Assembly (NCBI GenBank): GCA_035247945.1 | Contig: DATFHX010000019.1 | Location: 3,808 to 67,807, forward strand | Direction: 5' to 3' | DNA from: Candidatus Saccharimonadales bacterium | Lineage (GTDB): Bacteria > Patescibacteriota > Saccharimonadia > Saccharimonadales > Saccharimonadaceae | DNA: 64,000 nt | Shown here: piece after piece, positions 52,808 through 60,441 of the stretch | Position numbering within the stretch: the first letter of the stretch is position 1 | Layout: each line of letters opens with the position of its first letter | Made by a program: the position numbers and the translations under genes | The notes under the pieces: generated by a model | What the model was told of the DNA's origin: nothing | The model's database searches: none | What the model saw: only the letters and a program-made list of their open reading frames with translations

Positions 52808-54565
52808 ATGAAAATAAAAATCGCGATTATCACCCTTGTAGTTGGTATCGCCGGAGGTTTTTTCACCGCTGGGCAATTCGTGCGGCCAGAAAACCCTACC
52901 CCTCCCCTCTCTCCTGCTTCTGAAACGCCAAAGAAGCCTCTTCCCATTATGAACGCACTTGATCAGCGTTCGCTACAGACAATTCGAAGTGATCGTATGC
53001 AGCCACCTGTTGCTACAATCCCTCATCCGGCAACTAATGTCTCTCTTGAGCAAGCAGCCTCATTTCATGCTGATGGAGTAGAATATCCACTCCGTACATA
53101 TGAAACAATGGCAGTAAATGACCCGGCAGCAAATCAATGGTGGATTTCAAGTACCGGTCTTAATACTGCGTGGAATATTGGAGCGGGCGCTCGGCACACC
53201 ACGGTTGCAGTTATTGATACCGGCTTTGCACTCGCACATGAAGAGTTCGCTGGGCGCTGGGCTCAGAACAGTAGCGAGAAAGGGGCAGCAGCCAACCAAA
53301 ACCCGAGTCGCCTTAACTGTACGGATCGAGGACTTGCGATTGATAAATCGTGTAACCTTATTGACGATGACTACGACGGAATCGTTGATAATGAAACTGG
53401 CAGTACAGCCAACCAAAACCCTTCGCAGCGTAACTGTACGGATCGTGGCATTCCACTCGATAAATCATGTAATCTTATCGATGACGACAATAACGGCTAT
53501 ATTGACGATGTGACCGGATGGGATTTTGCCGACAATGACTCGAGCGTGCAAGCCGGTGAAATGAATCCATCTGGTGCAGGAACACAGCACGGAACAATGG
53601 TAGCGGGAATCCTTGGCGCGACAGGAAACAACGGAAAAGGTATCGCTGGCGTCAACTGGACAACCGACATTCTTCCCCTTCAAGCAATCGATGATAATCG
53701 CTATGGCAACACCCTCACGGTCGCACGGGCAATTTACTACGCTGCCGACCGCGGTGTTGATGTCATCAGCCTGAGTCTCGGTGCAAGTAGTGAAGATCCA
53801 TATCTCCGTCAAGCCATCCGCTACGCCATGGACCATGGCGCCATTGTTGTAGCTGCCAGTGGCAACGATGGATGTAACTGTATTTCGTATCCCGCTAACT
53901 ACCCAGAGGTTGTAGCAGTAGGAGCGGAAAATGCATCAGGTCAGCCGTCTTCCTTTAGTAGCTACGGTGCTAATCTCGACATACTGGCACCAGGAGAGAA
54001 TATGGCTTCTGCTTCCTGGGCACCAAATAACGGTACTTCACTCTATGCAAGCGGTATTGCGGGAACGTCTTTTGCCACGCCGTACGTGAGCGGCCTTCTT
54101 GCGCTCTCTCGCAGCCACCAACCAGATGCAAGTTGGGGAGAATTGCAATCGACATTACAAATGACGGCAAGCCATACCGGGCTAACATCAAGCGCCCCTT
54201 TCTCTCCTACGCGCGGTTCAGGAACTGTACGCGCCGACATGCTCATATCACGTACCGTAACTCCAGCACATCCTTCTATTCGCTACACCTTCGCCCCATT
54301 AACAACGAGTAGTATCCTTGGAACGAATCGTGCTTACGACTGCACACAGGAGGGTGCATTCCCAGCGACTCCTCTTTATAAGCTTATTTCCGGAGGAGTG
54401 GCTACATATACAACCGACACACTCACTATGGTAGATGCAGCTGCGGGTGGGGCAACGGTCTCTACGGCGTCTCATGTTTGCGAAGGGCTCCCGGGCGATA
54501 CTGCATCTACAGAACGAACGATTGATCTGCGGCATGAAACTGATTCGTACGTAGGCAAACAGTAG
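52808..54565 (+). CDS. Subtilisin-like serine protease (peptidase S8), membrane/secretion anchored
   Basis: 585 aa. Catalytic Asp VAVIDTGF, His HGTMVAGILGA, Ser GTSFATPYVSGL. N-terminal TM. Contains a 39-aa tandem duplication between Asp and His. Confidence 0.92.
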   Translation: MKIKIAIITLVVGIAGGFFTAGQFVRPENPTPPLSPASETPKKPLPIMNALDQRSLQTIRSDRMQPPVATIPHPATNVSLEQAASFHADGVEYPLRTYETMAVNDPAANQWWISSTGLNTAWNIGAGARHTTVAVIDTGFALAHEEFAGRWAQNSSEKGAAANQNPSRLNCTDRGLAIDKSCNLIDDDYDGIVDNETGSTANQNPSQRNCTDRGIPLDKSCNLIDDDNNGYIDDVTGWDFADNDSSVQAGEMNPSGAGTQHGTMVAGILGATGNNGKGIAGVNWTTDILPLQAIDDNRYGNTLTVARAIYYAADRGVDVISLSLGASSEDPYLRQAIRYAMDHGAIVVAASGNDGCNCISYPANYPEVVAVGAENASGQPSSFSSYGANLDILAPGENMASASWAPNNGTSLYASGIAGTSFATPYVSGLLALSRSHQPDASWGELQSTLQMTASHTGLTSSAPFSPTRGSGTVRADMLISRTVTPAHPSIRYTFAPLTTSSILGTNRAYDCTQEGAFPATPLYKLISGGVATYTTDTLTMVDAAAGGATVSTASHVCEGLPGDTASTERTIDLRHETDSYVGKQ

Positions 54566-54570
54566 CAATC

Positions 54571-55542
54571 TCATCCCCAGGTCGTATTCTGAAGACCAAA
54601 ATGCCCATATCTTGCTGTTGCCTCATAGATTGGTCGTTTAAGATTTAGTGCTTTGATTATTCCGTTCGGCGTAAGATCATATCCTTCTATACTTACCTCT
54701 TCTTCGTCTACATGCGCCGTCGCTTCGAGTGGTTGGTCATGACCAATTGCATAAGCAAGATATACGTAGACCTCTGATGCTTCATGCTTCTTGAGATAGT
54801 CAACTGCGATTTTTCTCGCCATATACGCAGCAGATCGGTCCACTTTACTTGGATCCTTGCCGCTAAATGCGCCGCCGCCTATAGGAATTCTTGGGCCGTA
54901 CGTATCAACGACGAGTTTACGACCGGTAAGACCAGCATCCGCATCAAAACCACCACATACCCAATCTCCTGCTGGATTCGCGTGAATTCTTGTAGTCGCA
55001 TGGATATGAGCTAGCGGTTCACTTGAAGCCCACGCTCGTATGCATTTTTCCAGTGTTGGCCGTGATACATTCTGAAAACTTGCAACAATGGAGGTAATTA
55101 TTCCGTTTTCAAGTGTTATCTGTGTCTTTCCATCAAATGGATACTCGGTAAAAATATATTGGTTGAGCCGTCGGGCTAAAACATATTCAAGTGGAAGATA
55201 CTCCGCCGTTTCATTGGTAGCGTACCCGACCATTATTCCCTGATCACCCGCACCGCCGCTGTCAACACCTTGTGCGATTTCAATGCTCTGCGGAGCTATA
55301 TGTTCAACCACGTCGACATCACCCGCGATGCGTTTTACGATTCCTTTAATGTCAATGCCTCTAGCTTTGGAGGTCACTTCTCCGGTAATAAACACTTTGC
55401 CATGTCCACCAATAACGTCCACTGCCACCCGTGAATGTGGATCTTGCATAAGATGAGCGTCTAGAATTGCATCAGATATCTGATCGCAAAGTTTATCTGG
55501 ATGCTTTGGAGAGACACTCTCCGCCGTTTTAAAACGTGACAT
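54571..55542 (-). CDS. metK: S-adenosylmethionine synthetase, compact form
   Basis: 323 aa. ESVSPKHPDKLCDQISDAILDA, GAGDQGIMVGYATNET, GLTGRKLVVDTYG, GGGAFSGKDPSKVDRSAAYMAR. About 60 aa shorter than classical bacterial MetK through loop deletions. Confidence 0.93.
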   Translation of the reverse strand: MSRFKTAESVSPKHPDKLCDQISDAILDAHLMQDPHSRVAVDVIGGHGKVFITGEVTSKARGIDIKGIVKRIAGDVDVVEHIAPQSIEIAQGVDSGGAGDQGIMVGYATNETAEYLPLEYVLARRLNQYIFTEYPFDGKTQITLENGIITSIVASFQNVSRPTLEKCIRAWASSEPLAHIHATTRIHANPAGDWVCGGFDADAGLTGRKLVVDTYGPRIPIGGGAFSGKDPSKVDRSAAYMARKIAVDYLKKHEASEVYVYLAYAIGHDQPLEATAHVDEEEVSIEGYDLTPNGIIKALNLKRPIYEATARYGHFGLQNTTWG

Positions 55543-55545
55543 AAA

Positions 55546-55716
55546 AAATAACTCCTTTCGTATCTGCCCGTATGAAACAGAATAAGGAGTCGAGGTCTCT
55601 TTCTATCTTTCCCATACCGGGCTAGAGGGGGCACCGTTTGTGCATATATCTGCTGATATAGAGGCTGGTTGCCGGCAGGTCATCGAGCTAGTTCTCTCGC
55701 TGCACTCTTGATACTT
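55546..55716 (-). promoter_or_regulatory. SAM-I (S-box) riboswitch with terminator/SD-sequestering expression platform, 5' leader of metK
   Basis: Minus strand reads ..UAUCAAGAGUGCAGCGAGAGAACUAGCUCGAUGACCUGCCGGCAACC-[insert]-GGUGCCCCCUCUAGCCCGGUAUGGGAAAGAUAGA.. It matches the S-box core (AUCAAGAG, GAGGGA-like GAGAGA, GAUGA k-turn, GGCAACC/GGUGCC P3). The pseudoknot pair covaries: CUAG/CUAG in place of CUGG/CCAG. It is followed by the hairpin GACUCCUU...AAGGAGU + UUUUUU, which covers the SD. Confidence 0.85.
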
Positions 55717-55764
55717 TTACGTAATGTACGTTTTTAGTGTATCACATATGCCATACTATACGTT

Positions 55765-56107
55765 ATGGAATATCTTGGCTTACCCCTTCTTACCTTTACT
55801 GATAAGGCGCAGCTTCGTCGATGGCTTCAAGAGAATCACCGAGTGTCACCAGGAATATGGGTGCGTGTTTATAAGACAAAAAGTAAGATTCCTTCCGCCT
55901 CTTTTGAAGATGTGCTAGACCAGAGGACTCTGTTTTGGATGGAGCGAAAGTCTTCGCCACCCATATGATAGAGACTCATACCTCCAGAAATTCACTCCCC
56001 GAAGAACAAAAGGGACTACCTCAAAACGAAACCTCGAGCATGCAGAAAAATTTATTGCGTCAGGCGAAATGACAGAAAGTGGCCTCCGCGCACTGGGCAT
56101 AGATTAG
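55765..56107 (+). pseudogene. YdeI/OmpD-associated (DUF1801-type) family gene, frameshifted and C-terminally truncated
   Basis: Frame 1 gives ...FTDKAQLRRWLQENHRVSPGIWVRVYKTKSKIPSASFEDVLDQ. The family continuation (LCFGWSESLRHPYDRDSYLQKFTPRRTKG..EKFIASGEMTESGLRALGID*) is in the +1 frame from about 55919. It ends well short of normal family length. Confidence 0.65.
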
Positions 56108-56163
56108 CGTAGCAAAATATATCATCGCCGAGTGGCGATGATATATTTTTATATAGCACTCCC

Positions 56164-58299
56164 TTACAGTAATCGTTCGGCAAGATTGCGGCGGCGAATG
56201 GTAAGGATTACGGCGCTCATCGTCAGGATGATTGACGCGATTCCACCGATGAGCAGTGCATCACTACCTGTCGATGCGAGTCCACCATTCCAAGGGTCAC
56301 CAGTTGTCGTATCTGTTGTACTACCACCCGTATTCGTCGTAGGAGCACTTTGGCTGACGAGCGTGACCTTAACATTTGCAGCATCACACACGGTTGGATC
56401 TGCGTTAGCGCAGGTAACATATCCGAGGCTGTAGGTACCCGCTGCAGTGCTCGCTGCAACCGTCACATCACCTGAGCCTTGGATCGTAATGCCTGGTTCA
56501 AGCGATTCCGATGTAAGCGTAACTGCTCCGGCTGACATAGGTTGACCATTTATGGTATCGTTTTCGAAGACGTTCCCCGCGGTGCCTCCCCCAACATTCA
56601 TCTGGTACACATCATCATTCGCGGAGACAGTCGTTATCTGTGAGTTACCCGTACCACGTAAGATAAGTGTTATATCTGCGTTGGCACAATTTGTTGGAAG
56701 TGAATTCTGACAAAGATTGTAGTGGAGCGCGTAGGTCATTCCACCGGGGGTTGTTGCAGGAATGACAAGGTTACCATTTGCGTCGACACTTGCCCCAGTT
56801 ATACCACCGTTATTCGTAATTGTAGCCGTGTACTTCGTTGGGTCGATTGGTTGACCATTTGCTGAGTCATTAATGATGATACTTCCTAGGTTTGTGTCAC
56901 CTTCGTCTGCGATAAAGTTATCGTTATTTGCAACAAGTGTTACAGGTGGAACGCTTGTCACAGTTACCGTGACTGTTGCAGGATCACAGTGCCCTGGAAC
57001 TGCTACCTCACAGATCTGATACGGCACAGTATAGGTACCGGGAGCAAGCGTTGAAGGAACTGTAATGTCTCCATTAGGGGCGATCGTAATCCCTGTTGAA
57101 CTTGGGTCTTGGTAGGATAACGTCACTGTGCTCGTTGTTGCTGGTGCATTATTCTGCGTGTCATTAGTAAGCGCATTACCGACAACACCCCCCGCTCCCT
57201 GTACAGTACTAAATGAATCGTCATTGGCATTAAGTTCCGTTGGAGGGGTGTAGCATTGAAGTCCTCCGACAGTACCATCCATGGTCGCATCCGCTTGGAG
57301 TGGCATAAGGTCAAGCCCAAGGATTTCGATGTCAGGAAGTAATGGAACCGGCTGGAAGACGCGGACTGACAGTACAGAGACAGACCCACTTGCGTGTGAT
57401 CCATCTGCAGCCTGGGTAATCGTTGGATTGTTAAGTGTAACAGTTATTTGTGGTGTCAGGCCGGCAAGTCCGAGTCCTACGGTATTTACTGTAATTGACT
57501 GACCAAGACTGAGTGGCTGCCCTGCAACCGTCACGGTTGGTGCGGTATAGGTTGCGGAAGCTCCGCCAGGCAGTCCCGATGCCTGTGCAGTTATTGTAGG
57601 TGTACCACCCACCGTTATAGGCACGCCGGCTATCGTTAGAGAGTTAACTGATGCGGATGCTGTCGACACGAGTTTGCGCTCGTCGTTCGCCCCACCCGTC
57701 GGAAGCAGCGCTGTCTTTGAATCTGTTGCTAAAAGCTGTGCATTAATAAGACTGATAACGCCTAGATTAGCAACACTAAGGTTTGTCGCACTCGTTGCAC
57801 TACGTGAAAGCGTGTTCGCAACACAGGCAGTATCGCTCGTCCAGTTAGCCTCTGAATTCACTGTCATAGCGTTCATTGCAAGAAGTGGGTTTGCCCCTAG
57901 TGACGCTAACGAATTGTTATCTGCGGTGCCCGGAGGCGCAACACTATGTGCACCAAGAAGGAGCGGGCTGATATCGAGGCCAATTACAGAACCCCCTAGG
58001 TTATGTGCATCCGCTACTGTTCGTGGAGACGACGCTGTATTTGCAGACGTTGCAGCTGGTTCTACCTTTAGGCCCGCCACATTAAAGGTAGCAATCTGCA
58101 GCGTATGAATATCAAGCAGTGTCGCATTGCTGCTTCCGCTATACGCTACCGGCGGCAGCGCAGCCAGCGCCTGCTGTGTCGCATACCCCGATCCAGCAAG
58201 CACAAGTCCTGCAACCGTTCCCGCTGTCATGAATCGTAGTGCCTTTTTGTAGGTACCACGAAAAGCCACTAATAATCCTCGCACATTTGTTCCTCGCAT
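56164..58299 (-). CDS. Wall-anchored surface protein with three about 95-aa Ig-like tandem repeats
   Basis: The ORF is open to 58320. The second ATG (58299) follows AAAGGAG. Signal peptide ...ATQQALA. Three repeats N(D/N)D.(F/Y)......G....N.L.ND..NG.P..........P.G.YT..Y..C......C..A.V.V.(V/L). C-terminus LASTG + TM + RRRNLAERLL. Confidence 0.82.
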   Translation of the reverse strand: MRGTNVRGLLVAFRGTYKKALRFMTAGTVAGLVLAGSGYATQQALAALPPVAYSGSSNATLLDIHTLQIATFNVAGLKVEPAATSANTASSPRTVADAHNLGGSVIGLDISPLLLGAHSVAPPGTADNNSLASLGANPLLAMNAMTVNSEANWTSDTACVANTLSRSATSATNLSVANLGVISLINAQLLATDSKTALLPTGGANDERKLVSTASASVNSLTIAGVPITVGGTPTITAQASGLPGGASATYTAPTVTVAGQPLSLGQSITVNTVGLGLAGLTPQITVTLNNPTITQAADGSHASGSVSVLSVRVFQPVPLLPDIEILGLDLMPLQADATMDGTVGGLQCYTPPTELNANDDSFSTVQGAGGVVGNALTNDTQNNAPATTSTVTLSYQDPSSTGITIAPNGDITVPSTLAPGTYTVPYQICEVAVPGHCDPATVTVTVTSVPPVTLVANNDNFIADEGDTNLGSIIINDSANGQPIDPTKYTATITNNGGITGASVDANGNLVIPATTPGGMTYALHYNLCQNSLPTNCANADITLILRGTGNSQITTVSANDDVYQMNVGGGTAGNVFENDTINGQPMSAGAVTLTSESLEPGITIQGSGDVTVAASTAAGTYSLGYVTCANADPTVCDAANVKVTLVSQSAPTTNTGGSTTDTTTGDPWNGGLASTGSDALLIGGIASIILTMSAVILTIRRRNLAERLL

Positions 58300-58326
58300 A
58301 AAACTCCTTTTTCCTCGCATAAAAAA

Positions 58327-58352
58327 GAGACCCGAGCTCTCGCTCGGGTCTC
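58327..58352. terminator. Hairpin flanked by A- and T-runs just upstream of the 56164.. gene start
   Basis: gagacccgagc-tctc-gctcgggtctc. On the minus strand it is followed by tttttt and then the ATG. Confidence 0.45.
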
Positions 58353-58552
58353 CAAAAAACCTCTACTTCGATAATAGAACACTCATTGCCTGCGCGCAAC
58401 GCCCAATTTCAATGCATTATTTTCTCGCCACCTCAGTAGCTTCTCGAGACTAAAAATAGCAATGGCTTGCTATCTCGTAGAACCACGTCGTTAAGCTAGC
58501 ACCTTTACTCTCTGGCGTAATACCCCATAGCCAACTTGCCGCTCTTTACAGA

Positions 58553-59074
58553 TTACTCTGCAATTTGTCTGTTAGTGGCGCGAAGATGCTTTTTGAAATG
58601 TCTCATAATCTCCGGACCAAATAGTGTGCCATCCTCAGCAAGTGCATTGGCTAATACTTCATCCCAACCCCACATCCTTTGCCTCATCTTCCTACTCCAC
58701 GACCGACGATTAAAAGAGCTTACGTACATCATTCCAATACCTTCAACATTCCCAATCGCTGCCGGGCCGATACTTCCAATATCAGACCAATAAATGTGCT
58801 TATGAAAAACACCTAGGAACGTTACGTGTACGCCAGCCGTATCAATTTGGTAGTAGACGAGTCTCGGTATGGAAAACAGAAGAGAGAAAATTATTAAAGC
58901 GGGAAAAGCGAGTGATCCATAAAGCATTACAGTCCTAACTGTTTCGTTTCGCAGCCCCGAGGCATATAGAACAGTCGTAACAAACATGAGGAGTATAGGG
59001 AGCAGCGTTGATAGTTGTTTTAATGTATCTTTGGAATTCAGATAGTACTTTGGGGAGGAAGATTTAACGGCCAT
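58553..59074 (-). CDS. Hypothetical membrane protein
   Basis: 173 aa. Two N-terminal TM followed by a soluble domain. Confidence 0.6.
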   Translation of the reverse strand: MAVKSSSPKYYLNSKDTLKQLSTLLPILLMFVTTVLYASGLRNETVRTVMLYGSLAFPALIIFSLLFSIPRLVYYQIDTAGVHVTFLGVFHKHIYWSDIGSIGPAAIGNVEGIGMMYVSSFNRRSWSRKMRQRMWGWDEVLANALAEDGTLFGPEIMRHFKKHLRATNRQIAE

Positions 59075-59145
59075 TTCTTATATCATAACAGAGTGCGCGA
59101 TCTCCGAAGAGAGTCCACGATACTATGTATACAACCCTAGCATAG

Positions 59146-59180
59146 AAAAAATCCTTAGCTAAGTTAACTAAGGATTTTTT
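59146..59180 (-). terminator. Terminator after tRNA-Asn
   Basis: atccttag/ctaaggat stem flanked by A6/T6 runs. Confidence 0.6.
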
Positions 59181-59182
59181 CA

Positions 59183-59257
59183 TGGCTCCGGCAGCTGGGC
59201 TCGAACCAGCGACCTAATCGTTAACAGCGATCCGCTCTACCACTGAGCTATGCCGGA
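59183..59257 (-). tRNA. tRNA-Asn (GTT)
   Basis: The reverse complement folds as TCCGGCA/TGCCGGA acceptor, GCTC/GAGC D-stem, loop CTGTTAA, GCTGG/CCAGC T-arm with TTCGAGC. CCA encoded. Confidence 0.92.
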
Positions 59258-59306
59258 ATACTGGGAGTATTATACACGTTTCTAGCGATTCCCGTCAAGG
59301 GGTACT

Positions 59307-59330
59307 GCTCGGCCGGTTTGCCGGCCGAGC
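59307..59330 (-). terminator. GC-rich hairpin after 59339..60016 (no U-tract)
   Basis: gctcggccgg-tttg-ccggccgagc. Confidence 0.55.
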
Positions 59331-59338
59331 GTCTCACA

Positions 59339-60016
59339 TCACACCTGGTAGTAGCCGCTCCCGTACGAAGCGACCTTGATCCGCTCAATCGGTTTACAGA
59401 CAAGGCTACCATTGGATGGGTCATAGAGGGTACAGTGACGGGAATCTTCTGGAATTGCCAGAAGGGTGTGCACCGTTCCACCTACTGCGAGTTCTGAACA
59501 GAAGACGAAACACCCGTCGAGGAGCATTCGCTTGAAATCGACTTGCGTTGCATATCCTTCCTGAATATCGATCTGTCCCTTGAACTGACGACGGATTTGT
59601 ATTTGTATACGCGCCGCCTCAACCAGGTCCGAAAAGAAATACGGAAGATCGAATTCGATCTCCACCTCAGTTCGCCCCATCTGCCTCCAGAACGCTTCGA
59701 CCTTTTTCAAGCCGTCGGGCCCGACGATCTCTTCGGGCCGGATTGGGGACTTCGCTTTCAGGTGAAGTCCATGCTCTAGAAGGAGCCTCATGTTGCCATA
59801 CTGCATGTCGGGCTGATATGCACGACGACCGATTCGCCTATCGAGGCTCAGTACTTGATTTCGCTCGATTTTACCGAGCATATAGAGAATCTGCGCCGTA
59901 CAGGCTGTTTCGCAGGCCATCGCATCCCACTGCACTAGTGGAAGTGGTGCTCGCATCGCTACACTACCATCCTCTCGTACGCTTTTGAGACATTCAGGAT
60001 TATAGAGGAGTATCAC
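59339..60016 (-). CDS. Papain-fold cysteine peptidase-like protein (C39-like domain), tentative
   Basis: Gln-x5-Cys in VQWDAMACETACTAQILYMLG, and His...Asp-Pro in GGTVHTLLAIPEDSRHCTLYDPSNG, echoing the C39/papain Q-C-H-D layout. GTG at 60016 overlaps the upstream TGA (GTGA). The alternative start is ATG at 59956. GC moderately elevated. Confidence 0.5.
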   Translation of the reverse strand: MILLYNPECLKSVREDGSVAMRAPLPLVQWDAMACETACTAQILYMLGKIERNQVLSLDRRIGRRAYQPDMQYGNMRLLLEHGLHLKAKSPIRPEEIVGPDGLKKVEAFWRQMGRTEVEIEFDLPYFFSDLVEAARIQIQIRRQFKGQIDIQEGYATQVDFKRMLLDGCFVFCSELAVGGTVHTLLAIPEDSRHCTLYDPSNGSLVCKPIERIKVASYGSGYYQV

Positions 60017-60441
60017 GCTTCGGGCAATGCTTGGATGGCTTGCTTCTGCGCTTCGTACTCTTCTTGGTAGCCAAGGATACGCAGCGATTCGACAAGTATT
60101 TGAAGATCTTCAATTCCCTCTTTAGAGGGGTTATCCTTGTGAGTTTTGATGGTTTTAGACAGCTTTTCCACTAACCAGGTTGGTTTGTCCTCAGTTTTCT
60201 CCTGTTTATCCACAACTTTTCCACTTGTTTTCACCACCTCAAGTGAACGAGCAGATCTGTCGCGCTTAATGAGATGTCCACCAGCGATGAGTCCATCTAT
60301 ATGCACAGCAACCGTTGAGACTGACTTGTAGTCGAGGGCACGCATAATCTCCCGGTAACTTGGACCGTAGCCATTGCCCCGGATAAACCCATCGATGTAA
60401 GCGAGCAGTTCAAACTGTTTTTTACTCGGTCTTTTTTGCAT
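60013..60441 (-). CDS. LexA-type winged-helix DNA-binding domain protein lacking the S24 autoprotease domain
   Basis: KKQFELLAYIDGFIRGNGYGPSYREIMRALDYKSVSTVAVHIDGLIAGGHLIKRDRSARSLEVV matches the LexA N-terminal domain. The C-terminal about 70 aa are K/E-rich helical with no Ser-Lys dyad domain. ATG at 60441. Confidence 0.75.
   Translation of the reverse strand: MQKRPSKKQFELLAYIDGFIRGNGYGPSYREIMRALDYKSVSTVAVHIDGLIAGGHLIKRDRSARSLEVVKTSGKVVDKQEKTEDKPTWLVEKLSKTIKTHKDNPSKEGIEDLQILVESLRILGYQEEYEAQKQAIQALPEA

Noticed and set aside
55724-55918. 64-aa ORF overlapping the ydeI-like pseudogene in another frame
   Set aside because: The family-matching frame (55765..) explains the region. This frame has no homology signal.
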